The translations under genes were made by a program, and so were the position numbers. Shown piece after piece: positions 28,524 to 38,097 of a stretch of DNA of 64,000 nucleotides. The DNA is from an uncultured bacterium (GTDB taxonomy: Bacteria > Abyssobacteria > SURF-5): assembly GCA_964607485.1 (NCBI GenBank), contig CAZSKP010000018.1, positions 23,538 to 87,537 of the forward strand, in the 5' to 3' direction. A model generated the notes under the pieces. It searched no databases. It worked only from the letters and a program-made list of their open reading frames with translations, and was not told the origin of the DNA. Within the stretch, counting starts at the first letter, position 1. Each line of letters starts with the position of its first letter.

Positions 28524-29030
28524 ATGGCCATCAATTGTCCGGTGTGTCAAAAGCTCATGGTTGAGGAAGATTTCGGCGGCGTAAGAGTCGATGTCTGCAA
28601 ACATGGCTGCAAGGGAATTTGGTTCGATTGGTTTGAGTTGACCAAGCTTGACGAAAGCAACGAGGGGTTTGGCAATGCGCTTGAGGAAGCGCTTAACTCG
28701 CCGCGCGTGAACGATGAAAACCGGGGAAGAATCAACTGCCCGAAGTGCGGCAAACCGATGCAGACGCATCAGTATCACTCGCCGAAAGGAGTGAATGTTG
28801 ACGAGTGCTATGTATGCGGAGGATTTTTCCTGGACTCCGGCGAACTGAAAGTCGCCCGAGACACTCACATGAGCGAGCAGGAGGAAAATGAATACTTGGA
28901 AAGTCTGCTTGCCGACGTCCCAGGCTATCAGCAAGAGAAGAAGAATATAGAAAAAGAAAAACTCCGAAACGAAGCCGCTCGCAGATATACAAGGTTCTTG
29001 AGGATTGGCTACTACCTGCCGCGTCTCTAG
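28524..29030 (+). CDS. Double zinc-ribbon (zf-TFIIB-type) protein
   Basis: Two CPxC...D.C..(.)C.G.(W/F).D..EL units. Confidence 0.85.
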   Translation: MAINCPVCQKLMVEEDFGGVRVDVCKHGCKGIWFDWFELTKLDESNEGFGNALEEALNSPRVNDENRGRINCPKCGKPMQTHQYHSPKGVNVDECYVCGGFFLDSGELKVARDTHMSEQEENEYLESLLADVPGYQQEKKNIEKEKLRNEAARRYTRFLRIGYYLPRL

Positions 29031-29056
29031 CGGGTACCTGAAAGGAGGTCGGGCAA

Positions 29057-29608
29057 ATGGGAATGATCGCTCTCATCATCGTTGTCGCGATCGTGCTGTA
29101 TGTGGTGTTCGCGTACAACAGGCTCATCACGCTTCGCAACCGAATCAAGAACGCGTGGGCGCAGATAGATGTCCAGCTCAAGCGGAGATACGACCTCATC
29201 CCCAACCTCGTCGAAACGGTGAAGGGATATGCAAAGCACGAGCGGGGAGTGTTCGAGAAGGTGACGGAGGCCCGCGCGCGAGCGGTCGGCGCGGCCAGCG
29301 TGAAGGACCAGGGCATGGCCGAGAACCAGCTCACCGGCGCACTGAAGACGCTTTTCGCCGTGGCGGAGAATTATCCGGAGCTGAAAGCGAATCAGAATTT
29401 CATGATGCTCCAGGAAGAGCTGGCGGGAACCGAGGGCAAGATTGCGTACGCGCGGCAGTTCTACAACGACAACGTCATGCAGTACAACATCCTCCGTGAA
29501 AAGTTTCCCACCAACATCATAGCCGGCGCCTTCAGCTTTAACGCTGAGGACATGTTCGAGATCGAGGTTCCGGCCGAGCGCGAGGCCGTGAAAGTGAAGT
29601 TCGACTGA
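29057..29608 (+). CDS. lemA: LemA family protein
   Basis: [42 protein letters not shown]. Confidence 0.97.
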   Translation: MGMIALIIVVAIVLYVVFAYNRLITLRNRIKNAWAQIDVQLKRRYDLIPNLVETVKGYAKHERGVFEKVTEARARAVGAASVKDQGMAENQLTGALKTLFAVAENYPELKANQNFMMLQEELAGTEGKIAYARQFYNDNVMQYNILREKFPTNIIAGAFSFNAEDMFEIEVPAEREAVKVKFD

Positions 29609-29641
29609 AGCAAGAGACGTTCCACGAAGAAGAGCGGAAGG

Positions 29642-30658
29642 ATGAGCGGACTACCTGAATGGGCCACGGCAAACAGGCTGGCGATTGCATTCCTGGTGCT
29701 CTTCCTGTTCATCCCTTTGCTCGTACTGCTGATGCCCGTTTCGACGAACCTGTATGAACAGATGAGCGGGAATCGGCGCAAGTCGATCGCCTTGTGCGCG
29801 TTTTTCATCCTCCTGATATTCATCCTCGCGCTCTTGTTCGACGAGATAGCTCCCGGCGCAAGAGTGGTGATGCTTCCACTGGCTCTTGTCGTCGCCACTG
29901 TGGGGCCGCTCGTCAGCTATTACAACAGCGACAAGATAATCCTCAGAATGAGCGGCGCAAGGCCCGCGACTAAGGAGGAGCATACGTTCCTCAAGAACAC
30001 GGTCGAGGGGCTTGCCATAGCCGCCGGCGTCCCGCCGCCAAAACTCTACGTCATCGAAGATACCGCCCCGAACGCGTTCGCCACGGGCAGGAACCCCGAG
30101 CATGGCGTCATCGCCGTGACGACAGGCCTGCTGCAAAAGCTCGACCGGCGCGAGCTCGAGGGCGTGCTCGCCCACGAGATGTCGCACATCAAAAATTACG
30201 ATACGCTCCTGAGCTCGATAGCGGTGATTCTCGTAGGAGTGGTCGCGCTGTTGAGCGACTGGATGCTGAGGACCTTCTGGTTTGCGCCGCGCAGGGGGAG
30301 AAGGTCGGGCTCGTCGCAGTCGGAGGGCGGCGGGCAGGTGCAGGCCCTCATCCTGGCAGTCGCAATCGTCATGGCGATTCTGGCGCCGATTGTGGCGCAA
30401 CTGCTGCGGCTGGCCGTCTCGCGAAAGCGCGAGTTTCTGGCCGACGCCAACGGCGCGTTCCTCACACGCTATCCCGATGGCCTGGCGAGCGCACTCAAGA
30501 AGCTCGACGCCGACACGGAACCGCTCGAGGTTGCAAACAAGAGCACCGCGCACCTCTACATAATAAATCCGCTCCGAGAACACGCAAGCTTCCTCAACAA
30601 CCTCTTCTCAACCCACCCGTCCACACAGGAGAGGATCGCCGCACTCGAGCGCATGTAG
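29642..30658 (+). CDS. htpX: M48 zinc metalloprotease HtpX
   Basis: PNAFATGR, AHEMSH, SRKREFLAD, STHP; start may be 29732. Confidence 0.95.
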   Translation: MSGLPEWATANRLAIAFLVLFLFIPLLVLLMPVSTNLYEQMSGNRRKSIALCAFFILLIFILALLFDEIAPGARVVMLPLALVVATVGPLVSYYNSDKIILRMSGARPATKEEHTFLKNTVEGLAIAAGVPPPKLYVIEDTAPNAFATGRNPEHGVIAVTTGLLQKLDRRELEGVLAHEMSHIKNYDTLLSSIAVILVGVVALLSDWMLRTFWFAPRRGRRSGSSQSEGGGQVQALILAVAIVMAILAPIVAQLLRLAVSRKREFLADANGAFLTRYPDGLASALKKLDADTEPLEVANKSTAHLYIINPLREHASFLNNLFSTHPSTQERIAALERM

Positions 30659-30826
30659 CGAATTATAAGGCGTGCGAGAATAGCTTGCCCCGGCGGAAAC
30701 TGGTCTGTAAGTGAACCACGGATTGACACGAACTTGTGCTCACTCGACACAAATCGCTGAATGCAAAGAACCGTGATTCTTTCTCATGTCATCGACGATG
30801 TTGCCTGATCGGGAGGATATGGGAGA

Positions 30827-32461
30827 ATGCTTAAGATTCTCGGTATTTTCTTAGGCGTCCTGTCAGTGCTGACGGTTTTCGCACCCTTTGTCGTTGTGGC
30901 CGTCTTCCTGTATTTCTATACTCGCAAACGTATGCTGCGAGAAAAGGAGATGCAGGAAAGGAGTACGAAGGGGCTCGCTAAATTTGCACAGCGAGTCGGA
31001 TGGAAATACTCCACCTCCGGCGAAATGTTCCTGCCCTACTTAGGGGATACGGTTAAGGCGGATTCGATGACAAAGGTCTGGAATATCCTCGAAGGCATAT
31101 ACAAGGATTATCCCGTACACGTTTTTGAAACGGGAAGAGAGGGCGGCGAATTCCTCGCCTGCTTCCGGCTCGAACATGAGGGAGATCTCCCGCTGGTGGA
31201 CATCAGACCCCATATGAGGATAAGAGGATGGACTTCAAGAACCGAAAAGACCGCCAGGGCTCTCCAGCTAGGACCGAAGGCGCCGTACATTGAATTCGCG
31301 GGGGACCCGTCGTCAGATGAATTTTCGAAGACCTTTCGCGTGGTTTCGACGAACGAGGAGTTCGCCCGCGCCGTGTGCGGCACGGACTTGATGGAATATC
31401 TCCTCCGCCATCGCGATTTTGGCATTAATATTCTTGGGAACACGGTGACGTTGTATCAGCCACGATTGGAGTTCAAGCGCGGTTCCATCTATGTCGGCAA
31501 CAGAGAGGTGATAACAGACGAACACCCGGTGCTCAGGGCAGCGGGCATCGAGCCCCGGCTGCGCCAGCTCCTTGAAGTCAAGAGTCTCATATCTGCTCAT
31601 TTGCCTGCACGACTATCGCCGCAGGCAACAGGGCGCGTCGAGCGGAGTGAGCGTCGGGCGGAGCGGCTTCCGGCTACCAGGGAAGCCGAATCCAAACCTT
31701 CCATAATCTCAGCCACCGCCCTTGTGCTCGCCAACATGATTCCGCTGGCGGGCGTCTTGTACTGGAGCTGGTCTGTCGCCAATATCCTGGTCTTGTTCTG
31801 GCTCGAGAACGTAGTCGTCGGCTTGTACAACATCCCGAAAATGGCGCTGTGCAAAGGATTTCTGGCCGTTGACAGCCGACGCACCTATCTCTCCTCCGCC
31901 GAGCGCGATGCAATGTCCAAATTGTCGCGAGGAGACTTCGCATCGAAGGCCTTCTTGATCCCGTTCTTCATGGTTCATTATGGCGGGTTCGTGACCGTGC
32001 ATGGGACGTTCCTCATGATGTTTGTCCTCAGTAATAAAGCCATGCGTGAATCGTTCGACTTCTCCACGATTATGATCGCGCTGGCCGGCCTGATACTGAG
32101 CCACGGCATATCGTTCTTCGTCAATTTCTTGGGCCGTGGTGAATACCTCCACACCGATATCCGAACACTGATGGCGAGGCCTTATGGCCGTGTCGTCGTG
32201 ATCCATATCGTGATAATATTCGGCGGCATCTTGATCATGGAAGCAAATAACCCTTTGTGGGCGCTGGTCCTGCTGGTGATCCTAAAAATCGGCATGGACT
32301 TGCTTGCCCACCTGGCCGAGCGCGGAAAGTTGTCCCAGGAAGCAATGATGGAAAAGCAAGGCGCAAGGCTCCGGAAAAGACGGCTTCAAGTTCGGCGATG
32401 GCGTGCGAGGAAGCAGGCGGGAAATGCATCGCGAGAGCGTGGGTCTCACATGAAAGAATGA
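30827..32461 (+). CDS. Two-domain membrane protein (C-terminal multi-TM, DUF6498-like)
   Basis: N-terminal TM and soluble domain; C-terminal FWLEN, FFMVHYGGF, PYGRVVVIH. Confidence 0.65.
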   Translation: MLKILGIFLGVLSVLTVFAPFVVVAVFLYFYTRKRMLREKEMQERSTKGLAKFAQRVGWKYSTSGEMFLPYLGDTVKADSMTKVWNILEGIYKDYPVHVFETGREGGEFLACFRLEHEGDLPLVDIRPHMRIRGWTSRTEKTARALQLGPKAPYIEFAGDPSSDEFSKTFRVVSTNEEFARAVCGTDLMEYLLRHRDFGINILGNTVTLYQPRLEFKRGSIYVGNREVITDEHPVLRAAGIEPRLRQLLEVKSLISAHLPARLSPQATGRVERSERRAERLPATREAESKPSIISATALVLANMIPLAGVLYWSWSVANILVLFWLENVVVGLYNIPKMALCKGFLAVDSRRTYLSSAERDAMSKLSRGDFASKAFLIPFFMVHYGGFVTVHGTFLMMFVLSNKAMRESFDFSTIMIALAGLILSHGISFFVNFLGRGEYLHTDIRTLMARPYGRVVVIHIVIIFGGILIMEANNPLWALVLLVILKIGMDLLAHLAERGKLSQEAMMEKQGARLRKRRLQVRRWRARKQAGNASRERGSHMKE

Positions 32462-32526
32462 GTGTAACTCACCAGGAACAAGTGGCGCACTTGTAGTCGG
32501 TGTGATCGGCGAGAAATGGGAGATGC

Positions 32527-32820
32527 CTAGAGCAGGTCGTCGAGCAGCCGGCCTGCGACGGTGCGGTTGACGTTTTCGTCCTGCGGATTTTGCGATTCGA
32601 TGCGAGTCTTGGCCTCCGCGACCTGGTCGGCCCGGGTGTCGGGAATCTGTTTGACGAGCGAAACGAGCCGGGCGACCTCTGCGGCCCTCTGCGCCTCGGG
32701 AGAGATATTCACCCCGTCGCTGGACCGTACCTCGTCGGCGCGGCGTCGGCGCTGGTCTTCCTGCTGGCGCGGCTGATTCAGGAAAGGCTCATTTACGCCG
32801 TCTATCTTGCTGATGTCCAC
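32527..32820 (-). CDS. flgM: Anti-sigma28 factor FlgM-like
   Basis: 97 aa; D.V.IS..A, PDTRADQV..AK..I pattern; sigma28-like promoter upstream. Confidence 0.75.
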   Translation of the reverse strand: MDISKIDGVNEPFLNQPRQQEDQRRRRADEVRSSDGVNISPEAQRAAEVARLVSLVKQIPDTRADQVAEAKTRIESQNPQDENVNRTVAGRLLDDLL

Positions 32821-32884
32821 GGTTCACCTCTACTCTGGCGCAAGAGGATATACCTTGATATTCCTTCGCTCGTTTCTACTACAT

Positions 32885-32913
32885 ATATCGGTCAGAAGCG
32901 TCCTTTGCTTTAG
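32885..32913 (-). promoter_or_regulatory. sigma28-like promoter
   Basis: CTAAA-N17-CCGATAT, spacer one base longer than the usual consensus. Confidence 0.5.
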
Positions 32914-32960
32914 TCAAAATTATACAGAGAATCGGCGAGAAGGTCAAGCGGGGCGAGATT

Positions 32961-33815
32961 TTATATCTCTAACTTCTCGCCTACCAACGAATTATCTATT
33001 TCCGCAAGTAATGGTGGAATCTTGCGCTTGCTCAGCCTCAACAAGTCCCAGGCCGCCCTGTCGAGCTCCGGATTGTTCCCTCCACCGGAACCTATCCCCT
33101 TGGCCCGGGCAATGATATCGGCCAGATGAGTCGCGGCGGCGTAGCCGATGTGTTCTTCCGGCGCCTTCATTGGAGCATGGTGATGGCCGAGGGCGGAGGT
33201 GACTTCCTCGGAAAGGTTCCATCGTCTTGCCAGCAGGCCGCCCACCTCGGCATGGGTGCATCCGACGGCCCTCTTCTCGGCTTCGAACAAGGGAATCGCT
33301 TCATCCCTGCTGAGCACGAGGGCCTCCTCGAATTTTGCCTGCAGATGCTGGCCCAGTATGATCTTACCCAGGTCGTGGAGCAAACCGCAGATGAAGAACT
33401 CGTCTTCCCGTCGTCCGGCTTGAGGAAACGCCTCCTTTGCGATGATCCTCCCCGCAACCCCCACTCCAAGCGAGTGCCGCCAGAATTTCTCCCTCTCGAA
33501 AAGGCCCGCGATGTCGCCGTCGGAGGATATATCAAAGACCGTCGCCGTCATTACAAGGTTGCGAATGATATTGTACCCGAGCATCGTGACGGCATGGTTT
33601 ATCGTGGTCACTTTGTTTCGAAGCCCGTAGTAAGCGGAATTGGCAAGCCTGAGCACCTTTGTGGCGGTCGGCGGGTCGCGCGATATGATGTTTGCGATAT
33701 CCGAAGCCGACGACTCAGGATGCGCAATTGCGGCATTGAGGTCGGCCAGAACCGACGGAATGGTGGGAAGAGTGACTATGCTTTCTATAATGCTCTCGGA
33801 CAGCTCCTCGCTCAT
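32961..33815 (-). CDS. HDOD domain protein
   Basis: LPTIP, DP..ATKVLRLANSAYY, FWRHS, GLLHDLGK, THAEVG. Confidence 0.95.
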   Translation of the reverse strand: MSEELSESIIESIVTLPTIPSVLADLNAAIAHPESSASDIANIISRDPPTATKVLRLANSAYYGLRNKVTTINHAVTMLGYNIIRNLVMTATVFDISSDGDIAGLFEREKFWRHSLGVGVAGRIIAKEAFPQAGRREDEFFICGLLHDLGKIILGQHLQAKFEEALVLSRDEAIPLFEAEKRAVGCTHAEVGGLLARRWNLSEEVTSALGHHHAPMKAPEEHIGYAAATHLADIIARAKGIGSGGGNNPELDRAAWDLLRLSKRKIPPLLAEIDNSLVGEKLEI

Positions 33816-33834
33816 CGTCGCAACCCTTTCCCGC

Positions 33835-34086
33835 TCAATGCGTCTTCGAAATCCTCTCCGTTTGGCAGCACACCTCGATGATGTCCTCCGGCCGAAGGGC
33901 GTCTATCAGGTCGGGCAGCTCGCCCACCCTCTCGGCTTCCAGCTCGATGCGGTCAAAGTCGCTCACGTCGGAATAGAAGGTCAACTGCCGGCCTTCGTCC
34001 GCATCTTTGAGTAACGCGACTACCGGGGTGCCGTCTTCCAGAACAAACCGTCTCGCCAGCCCTTCCTGCACTTTTTGCCACGCCAT
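33835..34086 (-). CDS. Hypothetical protein
   Basis: 83-aa ORF with GGAG RBS, co-oriented with neighbours. Confidence 0.6.
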   Translation of the reverse strand: MAWQKVQEGLARRFVLEDGTPVVALLKDADEGRQLTFYSDVSDFDRIELEAERVGELPDLIDALRPEDIIEVCCQTERISKTH

Positions 34087-34189
34087 AATCTCGCTCCGTT
34101 TTTTTCAGACTCCGCCGGTTACCCCTCAAGGTTATCAAATAGTAGTATATTCGTCAAGCTTCATGCAAATCCACGGCGGAGGTCGTCGC

Positions 34190-36025
34190 TCAGTAGCCCA
34201 TCCGCTCCAGCCGTCTCAGATTGTCGCGCGCCTCCTCCATGTCGGGTCGGATTCGAAGTGCCTGCTCCCATTCGTTGCGTGCGAGTGTGTGGCGTCCCTG
34301 AAGAGCATAAATTATGCCAAGTCCGTTGTGCGCCTCGGCGCTGTCGGGGTCGAAGCGAATCGCCATCTCAAACTGCTTCTCCGCCCGGTTGAGATCGCCG
34401 GAATCCTTGTACGCCAGGGCCAGGTTCACATGCGCGATGGAGCTCGAAGGATCGAGCTCGACCGCCTTCTGGCCGGCGGCGATCGCTTCGGGAAGCCGGC
34501 CCTGCATCCTGTAAATGACTGTCAGGTTCATGTACGCCATGCCGAAATCCGGCTCGAGCCGGAGCGCCTCGCGAAATTCCTCGGCCGCCCTGTCGAGCCA
34601 GCCCTTGGCCTTGTAGGCGAGCCCCAGGCTGTTTCGATAACTGGCCACATCGGGCGCAAGAATCACCGCCTGTTTCAGTTGCTCCAGGCCCGCGTCCACC
34701 TGTCCGCGTTCGAGGTAAACGTTGCCGAGGTTGAGGCGCATCCTGTGATTCTCCGGATGCATCTCAACTATGTACCGGTACAGACGAATCTCGTCTTTCC
34801 AGATGAAATTGCGCTTGATCGACAGCAGCGAGAACAACAGAAGCACGCAGCAAAGCGCGACCGTGGCCGGCCTGCGCAGGCGTCGGGCCTTACCGCTCTC
34901 GTCCGAGCCGCAGAAGATTTTTTCAAATCCGTCGGCCGCGCAGAGGAAAACACCGATGCAGGGCAGATACAGGAAATGGATGGGAGTGAACAATTCCGAA
35001 CGCGCCGCCCCGGCGTATATCGGAAGGATGTTGCTCATGGGAATGAACACGATCAGGTACCACAGCAGGCCGAACAGTCCGGTCTTCGTTTTCCTGGCAA
35101 GCCACGGAATAGCCGCCGCCACGGCGATCGCAAAGAGCAGCGGCAGCAGAATTCGCGGCTCGCCTATCGATTGGGCCAGCGGGGTGCGCGGGTCATAGTC
35201 GAGATGGAACGGAAAAAGCAGGAGCAAGAAATAATGGAACAGTACCGCCGGAATCGTTATGAGTCTTCGCGGCAACTCCGTCGCAAAGGCGGCGACGATG
35301 CCCCCGGCCTCGCCGAGCACGTTCGCGCGAACCCACAGATACACGGCGGCCAGCAGGAAGAAGGGAACGTATCCGGCGACCCTTGCGGCGTGGGTCGGCC
35401 TCCGGCTTCTGTCGATGATGAATGGATCGACCAATATTAACACGAGCGGAAGCGTAATCACTTCCTCCTTGGAGAAAAAACCAAGTCCGCACAGTACCAG
35501 CGACGCCGCGTAGGCTATCGCGGAAGCGCGGGTGTCGACCGACCGACGAAATCGGACATACAGAAGAATTGAAGAGAGGAAGAAGAAGGCCGACAGAATG
35601 CCGGTTCGGTCGGCTATGGCGACGATTCCCTTATGAACCGGATGCGACGCGAAAAGGAGAGCCGCGACTAACGCGGTTCCCCCGCTGCGCGAGACATGTC
35701 TCAGGATATGGAACACCATGATCGCATTTGCGGCGTGAAGCAGCAGGTTGGTCAGATGGAATCCCCATGGCCTCAGGCCCCACAGGGCGTATTCGAGCGC
35801 GAATGAAAGCATGACGACGGGCCGATAATAGAGTCCGAGAAAAGGTTCGCGGAAGAGCAAAGGCAGGGCGTCCCAGTGCTTGATAAGAACGTTGCCCGTC
35901 ACGAGCGCCCTGTCATCCCACACGAAATCCGCAGTCAGGGCGTTCAAGTTGACGACAAACACCAGGCCAATGAGAATAAGGGCCGGCGTCAAGGCGCCTT
36001 CATTTCCCGTCGAGGAGTCGTTCAC
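34190..36025 (-). CDS. TMTC-like GT-C membrane glycosyltransferase with C-terminal TPRs
   Basis: FVWDD, YYRP, HLTNLLLH, LFASHP, SKE; multiple TPRs. Confidence 0.85.
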   Translation of the reverse strand: MNDSSTGNEGALTPALILIGLVFVVNLNALTADFVWDDRALVTGNVLIKHWDALPLLFREPFLGLYYRPVVMLSFALEYALWGLRPWGFHLTNLLLHAANAIMVFHILRHVSRSGGTALVAALLFASHPVHKGIVAIADRTGILSAFFFLSSILLYVRFRRSVDTRASAIAYAASLVLCGLGFFSKEEVITLPLVLILVDPFIIDRSRRPTHAARVAGYVPFFLLAAVYLWVRANVLGEAGGIVAAFATELPRRLITIPAVLFHYFLLLLFPFHLDYDPRTPLAQSIGEPRILLPLLFAIAVAAAIPWLARKTKTGLFGLLWYLIVFIPMSNILPIYAGAARSELFTPIHFLYLPCIGVFLCAADGFEKIFCGSDESGKARRLRRPATVALCCVLLLFSLLSIKRNFIWKDEIRLYRYIVEMHPENHRMRLNLGNVYLERGQVDAGLEQLKQAVILAPDVASYRNSLGLAYKAKGWLDRAAEEFREALRLEPDFGMAYMNLTVIYRMQGRLPEAIAAGQKAVELDPSSSIAHVNLALAYKDSGDLNRAEKQFEMAIRFDPDSAEAHNGLGIIYALQGRHTLARNEWEQALRIRPDMEEARDNLRRLERMGY

Positions 36026-36028
36026 CCT

Positions 36029-37900
36029 TCACCGCCCCGTTCTATTGAGGTTGTCCAGACTCTTGCGCGCGCTCCTCAGGTCGGGCTGGATGCGCAGGGC
36101 CTCTTCCCAATGCTGACGCGCTTTGTCATATTCTTTCTTGGCCGAGTACAGCGCGCCCAAGGCGTCGTGTGCCTGAGCGTCGTCGGCATCGTTATCGAGC
36201 GCCGCGAGGAATTGCTCCTCCGCCTCATCGAGCCGGCCCTCGCGCTTGTAGATGAGGCCGAGATTCGTGTGCATCGCCGAATTCGACGGCTCGAGTTCGA
36301 CCGCTTTTTCGCCTGCAGCCGTCGCCTCCTCGAGCCTTCTTATATGCACATAGGCAACGGCTAAGTTGGAGTATGGTCCGGCATTGTTTGGATCGAGCCG
36401 GATGCTCTTCTGAAATTCCGCTATCGCTCTGTCGGTCCATCCCCTTTTGAGATAAGCAAGCCCGAGTGTATTGTGGGTCTCGGCAGTTTCCGGCTCCAGG
36501 GCGACCGCTCGTTCGAGCTCCGCAATGGCTTCATTCATCCCTCCCGCAGTCAGATAGGCGTTGCCGAGGTTGACGCGCATCGCAGAGTCTTTGGGGTGCA
36601 TCCGAACAATGTATCGGAACAGCCCGATTTCATTCTTCCATATTGCGTTCCGCCTGAGAGAGAGCAGACAAAAAGCCATGACCACGGCGAGAAAACACAG
36701 GATCGTTCCTCTGCGACATAATCTGCCAACCCCGCTCTCATCGAAACGGTCGAGCGTTCCCCTGAGCGCAAGCCCCGCGCAGAGAAAGATCCCGATTGAC
36801 GGCAGGTAGACAAAATGGATGGGAGTGAAGAGTTCAGTGTCGGCAATCTCGGGAAAGATCGGGATGATGTTGCTCATGGGAACAAACACGATGAAGAACC
36901 AGAGCAGCCCGAACGCGGCCGGCTTGCACCTTCTGAACAGCCACGGAACCATCGCGAGAATCACGAGCGTCGCAGCCACCGCCGCCCACGCGGAGAATTC
37001 CAGCCCCGACGCCGCCAGCGGAGTGCGGGGGTTGAAATCCAGGTTCAGCGGGAACGCCAGGAGAAAAATGTAATTCAGCATGAGCTTGGGAATAGTGAGC
37101 AGTCTGCGCAGCGGCTCCACGGCAAAGGCCTGAGCCATCCCGCCGACCGACACGCCGACCGAATTGCGCGCCCACAGGTACAGAAACGGCAGCAGCACGA
37201 AAGGCGCGTAAAGCGCGGCGCTGCGAGTCCAACTGCGCCTGAGCTTCTCCGGAAACAAGAACCAATCGGTCAGGATTATTATTGCCGGCAGCGTCAACGC
37301 TTCTTCCTTGGAAAAAAGCGCCAGCGCGCAGAAGACAACCGCCGCTCCGTATCTGAGCCAGGCCTTTTTGGAATTTCCGGAATTGCGATACCCGATGTAT
37401 AGCGTGAGGGCGCCGAGGTAAAAGAAGGCAGAGAGCATGCCCGTCCGGTCAGCAATGTTGACCACGCCCTTGTGCGCCGGATGCGCCGCGAACAGGAGGG
37501 CGCCCAGGAAGGCGGCGTCGGCATTACGCGACACCCGTTTCAGAATCGCGAACACGAGAATCGAATTTGCGCCGTGAAGCAACAGGTTGGTGAGGTGAAA
37601 CCCGAACGGCCTCAAACCCCAAATGGCGCGTTCGAGCGCGAAGGAAAGCATGACAACGGGGCGGTAGTAGCTCGCGAGGAAGGTCTGCGTGAACACCGTC
37701 GGGAGCGTATCCCAATGCCTGATAGCACTGTTGTTCGCAATGAGCGTCCAGTCGTCCCACACGAATCCGGCGGATAACGCGTTCAGGTTGCCGGCAAGCA
37801 CCACGCCGAGTATCAACAAGACGGGGATAGTCGCGAGCCTGTTCGGGATCTGATGCGCCGCCTTGCTTGCTAGGTCACAACTCCCATGCTCGCTCGCCAT
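36029..37900 (-). CDS. TMTC-like GT-C membrane glycosyltransferase with TPRs (tandem paralog)
   Basis: Same motifs as neighbour; start trimmed to MASEHG. Confidence 0.85.
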   Translation of the reverse strand: MASEHGSCDLASKAAHQIPNRLATIPVLLILGVVLAGNLNALSAGFVWDDWTLIANNSAIRHWDTLPTVFTQTFLASYYRPVVMLSFALERAIWGLRPFGFHLTNLLLHGANSILVFAILKRVSRNADAAFLGALLFAAHPAHKGVVNIADRTGMLSAFFYLGALTLYIGYRNSGNSKKAWLRYGAAVVFCALALFSKEEALTLPAIIILTDWFLFPEKLRRSWTRSAALYAPFVLLPFLYLWARNSVGVSVGGMAQAFAVEPLRRLLTIPKLMLNYIFLLAFPLNLDFNPRTPLAASGLEFSAWAAVAATLVILAMVPWLFRRCKPAAFGLLWFFIVFVPMSNIIPIFPEIADTELFTPIHFVYLPSIGIFLCAGLALRGTLDRFDESGVGRLCRRGTILCFLAVVMAFCLLSLRRNAIWKNEIGLFRYIVRMHPKDSAMRVNLGNAYLTAGGMNEAIAELERAVALEPETAETHNTLGLAYLKRGWTDRAIAEFQKSIRLDPNNAGPYSNLAVAYVHIRRLEEATAAGEKAVELEPSNSAMHTNLGLIYKREGRLDEAEEQFLAALDNDADDAQAHDALGALYSAKKEYDKARQHWEEALRIQPDLRSARKSLDNLNRTGR

Positions 37901-37990
37901 CCGCACCCCCATTCGGAACCGCACCGAAAAATTATAGCACACATGCAGCTTCGCCACAACGACGCCGCTCTCACAGTATGTAAGCCCAAA

Positions 37991-38019
37991 TTGACGGGGC
38001 GCATGATGGGTGCTAGAAT
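37991..38019 (+). promoter_or_regulatory. sigma70-type promoter for epimerase-like gene and selD
   Basis: TTGACG-N17-TAGAAT with extended TG. Confidence 0.65.
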
Positions 38020-38097
38020 AGACGCAGTATCGGACCCGGTCCGGGTGCAAGCCATCGGGTCGAATCGCGTGTGGTTCCCTTAATTGACTGTCAACGG

